Numbered from the stretch's first letter, positions 21,696-32,212 are shown. The stretch: 64,000 bases of DNA from Gammaproteobacteria bacterium (GCA_013151745.1 JAADHS010000202.1:818-64817), one strand, 5' to 3'. Made by a program: numbers and translations. Notes: a model not told the origin generated them from the letters alone.

Positions 21696-23081
21696 ATGAA
21701 TGTCGTAGCTACAGTGATTCGTTATCTTGATCAGCAACAGGTTGAATATAAAGTACATAAGCTTGAAACCTTTGAATCGAGTTATGAAGCGGCGCAGCAA
21801 ATGGACATATCGCCTGAAGTTGTGTTTAGAGCCATCCCCCTAGTCGATCAATTTGGCCTCATGTTAGCGATTACAGCTTCACACATGAGTTTAAATGCAC
21901 AGCGTTTATCTCAACTCCTGGGACGAGACGTTGCTCTGGCCACTAAAAAACAACTGACCGCTATCCTTTCTGATGGTGATCTGGCGTTTGTACCCCCACT
22001 AGGCGAGGCGTTTGGCTTGCGTACCATCATGAATGATAAGCTGATTAGTGCCGATATAATTTATTTGCTCGGTGGTGATAAAAGCTTATTAATCAGCCTT
22101 GCTTATCGTGATTTCCTACAGTTTCAACGCCATGCCTCACTGGTATCGGGGTTCCCGGAACCCTTACCTCAAGAAGATGTAAATATTGAAGAAACGCCAA
22201 TAACAAAGACTGCGCAGGTCAGTGATTTACGAGACTTGGTCAAAGACTTGAATCAGCTTCCTCCTATGCCAGAATTAGCACAAAAAATTTTTCAACTATC
22301 TTCCGACGAAAGTGCTGGTATATCAGAATTAGCAACGATCGTAGAAATTGATCCTAGCTTGTCTGCACAAATATTACGCTATGCTCGTTCTCCTCTTTTC
22401 AATTATCAAGGTACAATTGATAGTATACACACCGCCATTTCTCGGGTGCTGGGCTTCGGTATGGTCATGAATCTTTCGCTCGGTCTAGCGACAGCGAAAT
22501 CTTTTAAGGTTCAACAGTTGGGGCCGCTTGGTTTAGGTAATCATTGGCGACATGCGATATATAGTGCTGCTCTGGCTCAGAACTTGGCCAGCGAAGCAAA
22601 AGAAAGCCATCAATTTAATCACGGCTTAGTTTATTTGTCAGGTTTATTACATAATTTTGGTCATTTACTAATGGGTTACTTATTTAAACATGAATTCACT
22701 TTGCTAAATGAATTGGTATTAGCTAATCCAGCAACACCTGTTAGCGAGCTAGAGATGCAAGTCTTTAATATAACGCACACAGAAGTCGGTGCACTGCTGA
22801 TGGAAAAATGGCGCTTACCGGAAGAAATAATAGTCGCAACGCGACAGCACCATGCCCCTGATTATGATGGTGAGCATGCTGCCTACGCACAAATAATAAC
22901 GCTTGCTGATCATATATTGAAAGGCCACAACATGGGTGATATGCACTGTTCAGATATACCGGAAGCATTATTAACTCAATTGGGCTTAACAGAAATACAA
23001 ACTTTGATGGCAATGAATCGCTTGCTTGAGGATTGTGAAGGCTTTAATGAAATGGCAAAGCAAATGGCGAAAGCGGCATAA
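21696..23081 (+). CDS. Fusion protein: N-terminal YbaK/ProX-like aminoacyl-tRNA deacylase-like domain plus C-terminal HDOD domain
   Basis: Residues 1-150 (...AIPLVDQFGLMLAITASHMSLNAQRLSQLLG...ISADIIYLLGGDK...) resemble YbaK/ProX editing domains. Residues ~180-420 carry HDOD hallmarks (LPPMPELAQKIFQL...IVEIDPSLSAQILRYARSPLFN...HNFGHLLMGYL...). GAGG Shine-Dalgarno. Confidence 0.6.
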   Translation: MNVVATVIRYLDQQQVEYKVHKLETFESSYEAAQQMDISPEVVFRAIPLVDQFGLMLAITASHMSLNAQRLSQLLGRDVALATKKQLTAILSDGDLAFVPPLGEAFGLRTIMNDKLISADIIYLLGGDKSLLISLAYRDFLQFQRHASLVSGFPEPLPQEDVNIEETPITKTAQVSDLRDLVKDLNQLPPMPELAQKIFQLSSDESAGISELATIVEIDPSLSAQILRYARSPLFNYQGTIDSIHTAISRVLGFGMVMNLSLGLATAKSFKVQQLGPLGLGNHWRHAIYSAALAQNLASEAKESHQFNHGLVYLSGLLHNFGHLLMGYLFKHEFTLLNELVLANPATPVSELEMQVFNITHTEVGALLMEKWRLPEEIIVATRQHHAPDYDGEHAAYAQIITLADHILKGHNMGDMHCSDIPEALLTQLGLTEIQTLMAMNRLLEDCEGFNEMAKQMAKAA

Positions 23082-23083
23082 CC

Positions 23084-23227
23084 CTAGGAGCTTGTCCGAA
23101 AATGAAAAGTCTATTTGAGCCCATTTTCTTGATCATTTTCGTTAAATATGCTTAATGTTTGCCTAAAATGATCAAAAAAAATGGCTTTTTCTCGTGACGA
23201 TTTTCATTCTCGGGTAGGCTCCCCTAG
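23084..23227. mobile_element. MITE copy 2 (144 bp) of the CTAG family
   Basis: ctaggagcttgtccgaaaatgaaaag ... cttttcattctcgggtaggctcccctag. The inverted repeat shares ctaggagNctgYccgaRaat with copy 3. Flanks are cTA/TAg. The right end overlaps the last 8 codons and stop of comM. Confidence 0.7.
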
Positions 23228-24757
23228 CCCCACGCCACGATCCAGTTGGCGATAACTTATTGCTTCTGTAAGATGTATTCTTAGTATTTTTTCTTGGTTA
23301 TCCAAATCGGCCAGGGTTCTGGCTACCTTTAATATACGCTGAAATGCGCGTCCTGAAAGCTGCAATTTTTCAATTGCAGTTTCCAACAAGTGGTGATCTT
23401 CTTGCTGTAGTTGGCAATGAGCAATAAGATCTTGAGTTGTGAGCCGGCTATTAAGATAACGAGTGCGTTCGATTTGCTTTGCTCTTGCAGCGATGACCCG
23501 TTGCCGAATACTGGCGCTACTTTCTTCCTTTTTGATTTTACACGGATCAGTGATTGACAGTAAAGAAGCCGTATTTCTCTGTACCTCAATATGCAAATCA
23601 ATACGGTCAAGCAGGGGGCCGGAGACGCGGTTACGATATTTTTTAATTTGCTCTGCCGTACAATGACAGCGTTCGCTGTGATCATTCAAATAACCACAAG
23701 GACAAGGATTCATTGCTGCAACGAGTTGAAATTGAGCCGGAAACTCAGCTTGACCTTGCGCCCGGGAAATCACAATACGACCGGCTTCAAGGGGCTCACG
23801 TAGTACATTGAGAACATGTCGATTAAATTCTGTAAACTCATCCAGAAATAACACCCCATTGTGTGCAAGAGAAACTTCACCCGGTTGCGGAATAGAGCCA
23901 CCCCCCACAAGCGCGGCCGCTGAACTGGTGTGATGCGGTGCACGAAAAGGGGGATTACGCCACTGACTCGGATGAAACCCTAAAGAAGCAACGGAATGAA
24001 TCACGGCGGTTTCAAGTGCTTCATCCACAGTAAGCTGAGGCTGAATAGAGGGTAGACGACTGGCTAACATCGTTTTTCCTGTTCCTGGAGGACCAATCAT
24101 AATCAGGTTATGTCCGCCGGCTGCCGCAATTTCCAGTGCTCTTCTGGCATGCGATTGGCCAATCACCTCAGACATATCAGGTTGCTGTGTTGTTGTACTT
24201 GTCGCCGATATTTTGGGTTCACTATGCGGAAGTAGCGACAGGCGTTGCTGATGGTGCAGATGCGCGCATAATTCAAGTAAGTGACCACACGCGATCGTTT
24301 TTACATTAGGCACCAATGTCGCTTCTGCTGCATTTTCTTGCTGTAGGACGATGATTCGGCCACTGATTTTTGCTTGTGCAGCGATTGCCAATGCACCGGT
24401 AACGGGGCGAAGCACACCATTGAGCGCAAGTTCACTAATAAATTCATATTGATTTAGTTCTTTATTCGGAATTTGCCCTGATGCGGCCAATAACCCAATG
24501 GCAATAGCCAGGTCGAAACGGCTTCCTTCTTTACGTATATCAGCAGGCGCAAGATTGACTGTGATACGTTGTCTTGGAAATTTAAAGTGGCTATTTAACA
24601 AGGCAGCCCGAACACGGTCTTTGCTTTCTTTTACCGCAGTTTCTGGCAACCCAACTATGGAAAAAGAAGGCAAACCATTAGCCAGGTGAACCTCAACCGT
24701 AACTAATGGCGCAGAGGCACCAACAAGGGCGCGACAATAAGCAATGGCAAAATTCAT
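23204..24757 (-). CDS. comM: YifB/ComM-family Mg-chelatase-like AAA+ ATPase
   Basis: MNFAIAYCRALVGASAPLVTVEVHLANGLPSFSIVGLPETAVKESKDRVRAAL matches E. coli YifB, with Walker A GPPGTGKT. The C-terminal 8 codons are encoded inside the MITE inverted repeat. Confidence 0.85.
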   Translation of the reverse strand: MNFAIAYCRALVGASAPLVTVEVHLANGLPSFSIVGLPETAVKESKDRVRAALLNSHFKFPRQRITVNLAPADIRKEGSRFDLAIAIGLLAASGQIPNKELNQYEFISELALNGVLRPVTGALAIAAQAKISGRIIVLQQENAAEATLVPNVKTIACGHLLELCAHLHHQQRLSLLPHSEPKISATSTTTQQPDMSEVIGQSHARRALEIAAAGGHNLIMIGPPGTGKTMLASRLPSIQPQLTVDEALETAVIHSVASLGFHPSQWRNPPFRAPHHTSSAAALVGGGSIPQPGEVSLAHNGVLFLDEFTEFNRHVLNVLREPLEAGRIVISRAQGQAEFPAQFQLVAAMNPCPCGYLNDHSERCHCTAEQIKKYRNRVSGPLLDRIDLHIEVQRNTASLLSITDPCKIKKEESSASIRQRVIAARAKQIERTRYLNSRLTTQDLIAHCQLQQEDHHLLETAIEKLQLSGRAFQRILKVARTLADLDNQEKILRIHLTEAISYRQLDRGVGLGEPTRE

Positions 24758-24803
24758 ACCCTCTATTATGTCTAAGGGAATGAGCTCAGTCTGTCAGGAA
24801 AAG

Positions 24804-25052
24804 TTATTTTTTATTGTAAGCTTTTTCCAATTCGCTTATTTTCTCTTCTAACCAAATGACTTGCTGTTGAGTATTGGCGAGCACCTTTTGCTGAACATTA
24901 AATTCGTCGCGTGTAACCAGGTTAAGGTCGCTAAGTTTTGCTTGTAGTAGGGCGCGCATGTTTTTTTCAATATCTTTAGTGATCTCTGTTACGCCGCCAG
25001 GCACAAGTTCAACAAGCCGGTTAGCGAGATCGTCCAGTATTTTAGGGTTCAT
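24804..25052 (-). CDS. ubiK: Ubiquinone biosynthesis accessory factor UbiK (YqiC/BMFP family)
   Basis: 82-aa coiled-coil protein beginning MNPKILDDLANRLVELVPGG... and continuing LVTRDEFNVQQKVLANTQQQVIWLEEKISELE. Confidence 0.7.
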   Translation of the reverse strand: MNPKILDDLANRLVELVPGGVTEITKDIEKNMRALLQAKLSDLNLVTRDEFNVQQKVLANTQQQVIWLEEKISELEKAYNKK

Positions 25053-25347
25053 TTTTTGTTCCTTTTTCTATGTTTACCCAGTTTAGTTGATTTTCCAGAA
25101 TTATACTCGCCCTAAGACAAGGTACACTTTATGCGCTAAAATAAAGCGGTCTGCTTAGAGAAAAGTAACTTTTTCGGCGCATGCAAGCAGATATTATGGA
25201 GGCAAAACTAATAAACTGTTGTTTTTAAAAGACAACATTTATGATATGGTTAATGCGTTACTTAAGCTGGGCATTTTAATTCATGTTGATTCATTCTGTA
25301 AAAACTATATTACAGTGAAATTAAAACACGATTCGTTATTTAAATAG

Positions 25348-25707
<360 letters not shown>

Positions 25708-25752
25708 AAAAAACTAAAAGCTTACTTAATTATTTGATTTGGAGATAGAAAA

Positions 25753-26997
25753 GTGGAAGCAATATTAGAAGTAAAATATGCGCTTGATACATTCTACTTT
25801 CTCGTGTGTGGTGCACTTGTAATGTGGATGGCAGCAGGCTTTACCATGCTTGAAGCCGGATTAGTCAGAGCGAAAAATACAACAGAAATTCTAACCAAAA
25901 ATATCGCCTTGTATGCTATCGCCTGTACCATGTATTTGATATGTGGGTATAACATTATGTACGGTGATCCGATCAGCTCATTCATCCCGGGGTTTAGTGT
26001 CTTTGGTCTCACCGATCATACTGCAGAACTAGTGACAGCAGGAGGCGATGACGCACCGTACTATTCTAAGCTATCTGATTTTTTCTTCCAGGTTGTCTTT
26101 GTTGCGACAGCCATGTCTATCGTCTCTGGTGCCGTAGCAGAGCGAATGAAACTTTGGGCTTTTTTAACTTTCTGCGTTGTCTTAACTGGCTTCATTTATC
26201 CCGTGCAGGGTTTCTGGAAATGGGGTGGTGGTTTTCTCAACGAACTGGGCTTTCTTGATTTTGCGGGTTCGGGTGTTGTTCATATGACTGGTGCTGTTGC
26301 AGCATTAGCAGGGGTACTGCTTTTAGGGGCTCGTAAAGGAAAATATGGAAAAGATGGCCGTATTAATCCGATTCCAGGTGCCAACTTACCTTTAGCGACA
26401 TTAGGAACTTTTATTCTTTGGCTGGGGTGGTTTGGCTTTAATGGCGGCTCAGAACTGAAACTATCCGATGTTGGTGAAGCCAATGCCGTTGCCCTGATTT
26501 TTGTGAATACTAATGCAGCAGCAGCAGGGGGGGTTATCGCCGCTTTGATCACAGCGAGGTTAATGTTCGGTAAAGCGGATTTAACAATGACGCTCAATGG
26601 TGCATTAGCCGGTTTGGTTGCCATTACCGCAGAACCCCTGACGCCGAGTCCACAACTTGCATTGTTAATTGGTGCCGTGGGTGGCATGATCGTCGTTTTC
26701 TCTATAATCGCGCTTGATAAAATTAAAATTGATGATCCAGTCGGTGCGATTTCCGTACATGGCAGTGTCGGCATTTGGGGATTGTTTGCCGTATTACTCT
26801 CCAATCCCGATGCGACATTGGTTGCCCAGCTTACCGGTATTGGAGTCATTTTTGCTTGGGTTTTTGTGACTAGCTTGATTGTCTGGGGTATCATCAAACT
26901 GGTTATGGGTCTTCGCGTCAGCGAAGAGGAAGAGGAAGAAGGTATGGACTTCGTTGATTGTGGAATGGAGGCCTATCCAGAGTTTACTTCTAAATAA
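25753..26997 (+). CDS. amtB: Ammonium transporter AmtB
   Basis: GTG start with a GGAGA Shine-Dalgarno and 11 predicted TM segments. Amt signature motifs are present (DFAGSGVVHMTGAVAALAG, GTFILWLGWFGFNGGS), and the gene is paired with glnK. Confidence 0.9.
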   Translation: MEAILEVKYALDTFYFLVCGALVMWMAAGFTMLEAGLVRAKNTTEILTKNIALYAIACTMYLICGYNIMYGDPISSFIPGFSVFGLTDHTAELVTAGGDDAPYYSKLSDFFFQVVFVATAMSIVSGAVAERMKLWAFLTFCVVLTGFIYPVQGFWKWGGGFLNELGFLDFAGSGVVHMTGAVAALAGVLLLGARKGKYGKDGRINPIPGANLPLATLGTFILWLGWFGFNGGSELKLSDVGEANAVALIFVNTNAAAAGGVIAALITARLMFGKADLTMTLNGALAGLVAITAEPLTPSPQLALLIGAVGGMIVVFSIIALDKIKIDDPVGAISVHGSVGIWGLFAVLLSNPDATLVAQLTGIGVIFAWVFVTSLIVWGIIKLVMGLRVSEEEEEEGMDFVDCGMEAYPEFTSK

Positions 26998-27215
26998 TCC
27001 TAGAAAACGCAGTTGGACGCGAATGTACCCCAAGGGCACTTCTTCCAGGGTGTATAGTGCAAGATATTGATTCGAATAACGTAGCGGGAAAAATCGTAGT
27101 CACCTTGATGGTGATGAGATTTTTTCCCGCATAGTTAGGTGGATCAAGAGCTTGTGCTATACATCGTGGATCAACTGCGTTTTTTAGGATAATGGTTGAG
27201 GCCATTTGCAAGCTA

Positions 27216-27246
27216 AGCCGGAGCCATAATGCTCCGGCTTTTTTTG
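27216..27246 (+). terminator. Rho-independent terminator (glnK-amtB side; may act bidirectionally)
   Basis: agccggagc-cataat-gctccggct is a 9-bp GC-rich stem followed by TTTTTTT. It abuts the stop of the convergent CDGSH gene. Confidence 0.6.
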
Positions 27247-27483
27247 TTAAATTTGATTGTGGCTACCGTCACAAAAAGGAGGTTTTTTCGCATGCTTACA
27301 GCCACACAATGAGACAACTTGATTTTTTTCCAGGCTAAACTTTATCGGCGAAAAATCTAAACCTTGGTGAGAACCATCGCAAAAAGGCTGTTTAGAGCTT
27401 TTGCCACAACTACACCAGTAATAATCTCCGGCATCAAGTTTAGCAATATAAGGTGCTTTTTGTGGTATTTCTGGATCCGACAT
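27247..27483 (-). CDS. CDGSH iron-sulfur domain protein (two CDGSH motifs)
   Basis: AAGGAG Shine-Dalgarno. Two copies of C-x-C-x(7-9)-P-x-CDGSH are present (CSCGKSSKQPFCDGSH and CGCKHAKKPPFCDGSH). Confidence 0.85.
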   Translation of the reverse strand: MSDPEIPQKAPYIAKLDAGDYYWCSCGKSSKQPFCDGSHQGLDFSPIKFSLEKNQVVSLCGCKHAKKPPFCDGSHNQI

Positions 27484-27717
27484 TCTTTTTCTCCTTCTCT
27501 CTTATAACTTGAATTTTAAGTATAAAGCGATTCCTGACAAAAATATAAAGTTTTAGATGTGCACTACCCCGACGATATTAATCAGCTCGGCAGAATTAAC
27601 TAATTTTTAGGTTGATAACGGCCAAGTGCATTGGTTATCTGAATTAGTCTCGACCTTATCTGTGACATGTCGTGTTGGCAGGGAGGTCAAAACGTTATTA
27701 CGAGGCACGCTTGCTTT

Positions 27718-28809
27718 TTAGATGTTAAAGCGAAAATGGATGACATCACCATCAGCAACAATATAATCTTTACCTTCTGAGCGCCATTTTCCGGCTTCTT
27801 TGGCGCCAGCTTCACCCTGATATTGAACAAAATCTTTGTATGCTATAGTTTCTGCGCGAATAAAGCCTTTCTCAAAATCGGTGTGGATGACGCCCGCTGA
27901 TTGAGGGGCTGTGGCGCCTTTTTTGATTGTCCAGGCACGTACTTCTTTAACGCCGGCGGTGAAATAGGTTTGCAAGTTAAGTAGTTCATAGCCAGCACGA
28001 ATCACTCGATTGAGTCCCGGTTCTTCTAAACCTAAATCGGCTAAAAATTCCGCTTTATCTTCGTCGGCAAGCTCGACAATGTCTGCTTCTATCGCCGCAC
28101 AAACTGGCACAACGGAGGCACCTTGTTTTGCCGCATGTTCGCGTACTTTATCCAGCCAGGGGTTATCGGTAAAGCCATCATCAGCAACGTTGGCGACAAA
28201 CATAGTGGGTTTGTCAGTGAGCAGGCATAAGTCGCTCAATATTAAACGTTGATCCGCATTCAGTGTCATGGAACGAACCGATAGCGCTTCGTTCAGGTGT
28301 GCCTGTACTTGCTCCAGCAAGGCCAGACGAATTTTTGTATCCTTGTCACCACTTTTTGCTAATTTTGCAGTACGTAGAATATTTTTTTCTACCGAGTCCA
28401 AGTCGGCCAGAGCCAGTTCAGTGTCAATGATTTCGATATCCCGTAAGGGATCAATACTGCCAGAAACATGCGTGATATCGTCATCGATAAAACAACGTAC
28501 CACATGGGCTATGGCATGGGTTTCGCGGATGGTGGCTAAAAACTGGTTGCCTAAGCCTTCGCCCTTGGATGCACCTTCGACTAGTCCGGCAATATCAACA
28601 AACTCCATTACCGCAGAAATGATTTTTTGCGGTTTGACTATTTTTGATAAGGCTTGCATTCTGGAGTCAGGTACAGAAACCATGCCAACATTGGGTTCAA
28701 TGGTGCAAAATGGATAGTTTGCGGCCTCGATGCCGGACTCTGTCAGGGCATTAAACAGCGTTGACTTTCCTACGTTCGGCAAACCTACAATGCCACATTT
28801 AAAACCCAT
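27718..28809 (-). CDS. ychF: Redox-regulated ribosome-binding ATPase YchF
   Basis: [23 protein letters not shown], with a TGS C-terminal domain; 363 aa. It sits downstream of pth, as is typical. Confidence 0.9.
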   Translation of the reverse strand: MGFKCGIVGLPNVGKSTLFNALTESGIEAANYPFCTIEPNVGMVSVPDSRMQALSKIVKPQKIISAVMEFVDIAGLVEGASKGEGLGNQFLATIRETHAIAHVVRCFIDDDITHVSGSIDPLRDIEIIDTELALADLDSVEKNILRTAKLAKSGDKDTKIRLALLEQVQAHLNEALSVRSMTLNADQRLILSDLCLLTDKPTMFVANVADDGFTDNPWLDKVREHAAKQGASVVPVCAAIEADIVELADEDKAEFLADLGLEEPGLNRVIRAGYELLNLQTYFTAGVKEVRAWTIKKGATAPQSAGVIHTDFEKGFIRAETIAYKDFVQYQGEAGAKEAGKWRSEGKDYIVADGDVIHFRFNI

Positions 28810-28818
28810 AGCAATCCC

Positions 28819-29394
28819 TTATTTACTGTGCAACTGATTCATTAATTTTTGGTGTTCACCTTGTGCGGCTAAGGGTAGTACGTCAATAGCATCGGCGATA
28901 GCGACATCAAGTTCTTGTTTATCAAGTTTGCTCGCTTCATGCAAGACATAGCGCGAAACTTCTGAGCTTTGGCCGGGGTGGCCTATGCCTATTCTCAAGC
29001 GGGCAAAATCATTGCCACCGAGGGCGGCGATCAGGCTACGTAAGCCATTGTGACCACCATGCCCTCCCGCCTGCTTAAACCGCACGGTGCCGGGTAACAA
29101 ATCCAGCTCATCGTGAACAACTAATATATTTTGCCGAGGAATTTTGTAATACGCTGCCAGAGCAGCAACAGCTTGGCCGCTACGATTCATAAAGGTCTGT
29201 GGTTTAAGCAGCCAGCATTCTTTTTCTTGCAGGCTGATTTTGCAGGCTTCACCGGAAAATTTATTTTCTTTGCGAAATGTTTGGCTGTGTTGACTGGCTA
29301 AGGCGTCAAGCAGCCAAAAACCAGCGTTATGACGCGTTTTTTCATATTCATTACCTGGATTACCAAGGCCAACAATGAGTTGTATTTCTGTCAA
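28819..29394 (-). CDS. pth: Peptidyl-tRNA hydrolase
   Basis: IQLIVGLGNPGNEYEKTRHNAGFW; 191 aa. Confidence 0.9.
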   Translation of the reverse strand: MTEIQLIVGLGNPGNEYEKTRHNAGFWLLDALASQHSQTFRKENKFSGEACKISLQEKECWLLKPQTFMNRSGQAVAALAAYYKIPRQNILVVHDELDLLPGTVRFKQAGGHGGHNGLRSLIAALGGNDFARLRIGIGHPGQSSEVSRYVLHEASKLDKQELDVAIADAIDVLPLAAQGEHQKLMNQLHSK

Positions 29395-29403
29395 AAAAAC
29401 AAT

Positions 29404-30054
29404 TTACTCGCTTGGGTTGGGCTCGGATGGCTCTGTTGCTTCGGCTTCAGAGGCATCATCTTCATCTACGACGCCACGAGGTTTGTTTATTATTGCCACA
29501 GTTAAGTCGTGATCGTCACCTTGTTGCAATGCGAGTAACTCGACACCTTCAGGTAACTTGAGATCGGTTAAATGCAGTGCCTCGCCCAGTTCCAGAGCAG
29601 ACACGTCAGCTTCGATGAATTCAGGCAGGTCTTTAGCTAAACACAGTATGTCAACGTGATTGGCTGAATGAGCAATGATACCACCTGATTTTTTAACGCC
29701 TGGCGCAATGTCTTCGCCAATAAAATGAAGAGGGATATGCATTCGTATTTTGGTTGTGTCTGAAATTCTTTGAAAGTCCATGTGTAGAATAATTGCTTTG
29801 CTAGGGTGACGTTGCAGGTCTTTCAATACGACTTTTTCACTTTGACCGTCACATGTGACATCAAGAATTTGAGTAAAAAAGGACTCATGCTCAATATTAG
29901 CCAAGATCAAATGATGTTCTAAAGTAATATTCATCGGGGCTTTGCCTGCGCCATAGACGATGGCTGGTACCTTACCCGCGTGCCGGATGCGACGTGCATC
30001 AGCTGTTCCGGTAGTTTCACGGTGCGTTGCACTTAATTTAAAAGTCAGACTCAT
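29404..30054 (-). CDS. rplY: 50S ribosomal protein L25 (general stress protein Ctc form)
   Basis: MSLTFKLSATHRETTGTADARRIRHAGKVPAIVYGAG.... A GGAGAA Shine-Dalgarno lies 5 nt upstream of this ATG; the tracked ORF begins 15 codons further upstream without a Shine-Dalgarno. The acidic C-terminal extension is typical of Ctc-type L25. Confidence 0.8.
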   Translation of the reverse strand: MSLTFKLSATHRETTGTADARRIRHAGKVPAIVYGAGKAPMNITLEHHLILANIEHESFFTQILDVTCDGQSEKVVLKDLQRHPSKAIILHMDFQRISDTTKIRMHIPLHFIGEDIAPGVKKSGGIIAHSANHVDILCLAKDLPEFIEADVSALELGEALHLTDLKLPEGVELLALQQGDDHDLTVAIINKPRGVVDEDDASEAEATEPSEPNPSE

Positions 30055-30206
30055 AATAGGTTCTCCAAATAACGTCAAAAATTTTAGCTGGCACTTCAAC
30101 CTAGCACTTATAATATTTCTATATTTGTAAGGACGACGTGAGCGAGAGGAGGCTTACACTTACTTAACACCCTCTCTTGCGTAACTATTCTCGTGTACGC
30201 CTCTAT

Positions 30207-31160
30207 TTAATCCATATACATTGAACTTACGGATTCTTCGTCACTAATTCTTCGCATTGTTTCTGCCAGCATGCTAGCAACACTGAGCTGGCGAATACGT
30301 GAACAGGCTTTGGCTTCATCACTTAATGGAATGGTGTCGGTTACGAACAATTCATCTAATTGTGATTGTTCAATATTTTTAACCGCTGACCCTGATAGTA
30401 CGGCATGAGTAATATAGGCCAGCACGCGCTCTGCCCCTTTTTCTTTCAATGCGCGAGCAGCTTCACACAATGTTCCTGCTGTATCAACGAGATCATCGAT
30501 CAGGATACAAGATCGACCCTTGACATCGCCTATAATATTCATCACTTTTGACTCATTAGGTCGTGGGCGTCGCTTGTCTATAATAGCCAAATCGGCGTCA
30601 TCAAGCTGTTTTGCTAACGCTCGTGCTCTAACTACACCGCCTACATCAGGTGAGACCACCATGACATTGTGGTAGTTGCGACGCCATATATCACCAAGTA
30701 AAATAGGGGATGCATAGACGTTGTCTACTGGTACATCAAAAAACCCCTGGATTTGATCGGCATGCAAATCAACTGTCAATACCCGGTTCGCTCCCACGCT
30801 GGTTAACATATTGGCAACGACTTTTGCTGTAATGGGGACACGGGCTGATCGTGTTCGTCGATCCTGTCGCGAATAACCAAAGTAAGGCAGTACCGTGGTC
30901 ACGCGGAATGCTGAGGCACGACACATTGCATCGACCATAACCAACAGCTCCATCAAATTATCGTTAGCCGGTGAGCAGGTCGGTTGTACAATGAAAACGT
31001 CTCTACCACGGACGTTGTCTTCGATTTCAACCATCACTTCGCCATCGCTAAACTTACCGACAACCGCTTTACCCAGTGGCATATTCAAATGATTGGCAAT
31101 GGCATCCGCCAACGGTTTATTCGCGTTGCCGCTAAAAACCATCATTTTATTATCGGACAC
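30207..31160 (-). CDS. prs: Ribose-phosphate pyrophosphokinase
   Basis: ...[19 protein letters not shown]...[44 protein letters not shown]..., with a GTG start as in E. coli prs. An alternative start at the tandem ATGs lies 5 codons downstream. Confidence 0.9.
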   Translation of the reverse strand: MSDNKMMVFSGNANKPLADAIANHLNMPLGKAVVGKFSDGEVMVEIEDNVRGRDVFIVQPTCSPANDNLMELLVMVDAMCRASAFRVTTVLPYFGYSRQDRRTRSARVPITAKVVANMLTSVGANRVLTVDLHADQIQGFFDVPVDNVYASPILLGDIWRRNYHNVMVVSPDVGGVVRARALAKQLDDADLAIIDKRRPRPNESKVMNIIGDVKGRSCILIDDLVDTAGTLCEAARALKEKGAERVLAYITHAVLSGSAVKNIEQSQLDELFVTDTIPLSDEAKACSRIRQLSVASMLAETMRRISDEESVSSMYMD

Positions 31161-31205
31161 GACTATACACCTTACACGCCTGGAGAATCATTTTGTCTCA
31201 AAATA

Positions 31206-31280
31206 TGGCTGGGGCGCCAGGATTCGAACCTGGGTATGCAGGGATCAAAACCCTGTGCCTTACCGCTTGGCGACGCCCCA
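31206..31280 (-). tRNA. tRNA-Gln (anticodon UUG), CCA encoded
   Basis: Reverse complement: tggggcgtcgccaagcggtaaggcacagggttTTGatccctgcatacccaggttcgaatcctggcgccccagcca. It is near-identical in architecture to E. coli tRNA-Gln (U1-A72, G73) and sits between prs and ispE, as in many gammaproteobacteria. Confidence 0.9.
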
Positions 31281-31360
31281 AAAACTCTACTATACACAGA
31301 GCTGGCTTTTAGGTGATTGTTGTCAATCCCCCTTCTTCAGCCCTGTGAAAACCTCCGTCA

Positions 31361-32212
31361 TTATAACGTCTTAGCCTGAGCCAATCTATTCATTAATGGC
31401 GAAATATTCTTACCTTTTACGATAAACCCATGCCACTCATCAGGTAATTCAGTTAAAACAGCCTCGGCTGCTTTACGTTGCTCAAATTCGGCAAATACAC
31501 TGCAACCTGTGCCGCTCATTCTGGCTGAAGCATGACGCCCCAACCAAGCCAAGGCCTTACCGACCAGGGGATACGCTTGTTTTACTACCGCTGCACAGGA
31601 ATTTTCAGTATCTCCTGAAAGAAAGCTGCGTATTCTGATCGGAACTGCGTCCCGTGTCAAATCTTCGTGCAAAAAAACGGCCGATGTTTCAACGTGACAG
31701 GGCACTATAACCACTAAAAACCAGGGTTCGGGTAAAATAAGAGGGGTCAAAATCTCTCCTACACCTTCAGCCCAAGCCGCTTCGCCACGCACAAAAACCG
31801 GCACGTCCGCACCCAATTGCAAGCCAAGTGTGGCTAAATCATCTTTTGTCAATCCCAGCTTCCATAAGTGATTAAGCGCCACCAAAACAGTTGCAGCATC
31901 AGAGCTGCCTCCACCCAGGCCAGCACCCATAGGGAGCACTTTATTTATGGAAATATCCACGCCATGCGGTGTGCCGCTCATTTGTCGCAGTAGTTGCGCC
32001 GCACGAATGCTTAAATCTTGCTCTTCAGAGACGCCTTGAACCGGGTTTATTCGTCGCACAATGCCATCATCCCGGAGAAAAAAAGATAAGCTGTCGGCAT
32101 AATCTATAAACTGAAAAACCGTTTGTAGTTCATGGTATCCATCATCTCTACGGCCGGTAATCCGTAACATCAAATTCAATTTTGCCGGTGCAGGCCAGTT
32201 TTTTGAATACAT
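31361..32212 (-). CDS. ispE: 4-diphosphocytidyl-2-C-methyl-D-erythritol kinase
   Basis: WPAPAKLNLMLRITGRRDDGYHEL and the GHMP kinase motif PMGAGLGGGSSDAA. Confidence 0.9.
   Translation of the reverse strand: MYSKNWPAPAKLNLMLRITGRRDDGYHELQTVFQFIDYADSLSFFLRDDGIVRRINPVQGVSEEQDLSIRAAQLLRQMSGTPHGVDISINKVLPMGAGLGGGSSDAATVLVALNHLWKLGLTKDDLATLGLQLGADVPVFVRGEAAWAEGVGEILTPLILPEPWFLVVIVPCHVETSAVFLHEDLTRDAVPIRIRSFLSGDTENSCAAVVKQAYPLVGKALAWLGRHASARMSGTGCSVFAEFEQRKAAEAVLTELPDEWHGFIVKGKNISPLMNRLAQAKTL

Noticed and set aside
23329-23685. 118-aa minus-strand ORF and two ~70-aa plus-strand ORFs inside comM
   Set aside because: They are out-of-frame or antisense overlaps within the ComM AAA+ domain.
26280-26897. 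205-aa minus-strand ORF antisense to amtB
   Set aside because: It is a low-complexity Ala/Pro/Thr-rich translation produced by the GC-rich third positions of amtB codons. It has no Shine-Dalgarno and is fully contained in a well-supported gene.
28268-28717. 149-aa plus-strand ORF antisense to ychF
   Set aside because: Same reasoning: it is embedded in a strongly conserved gene and is Ser/Ala-rich.
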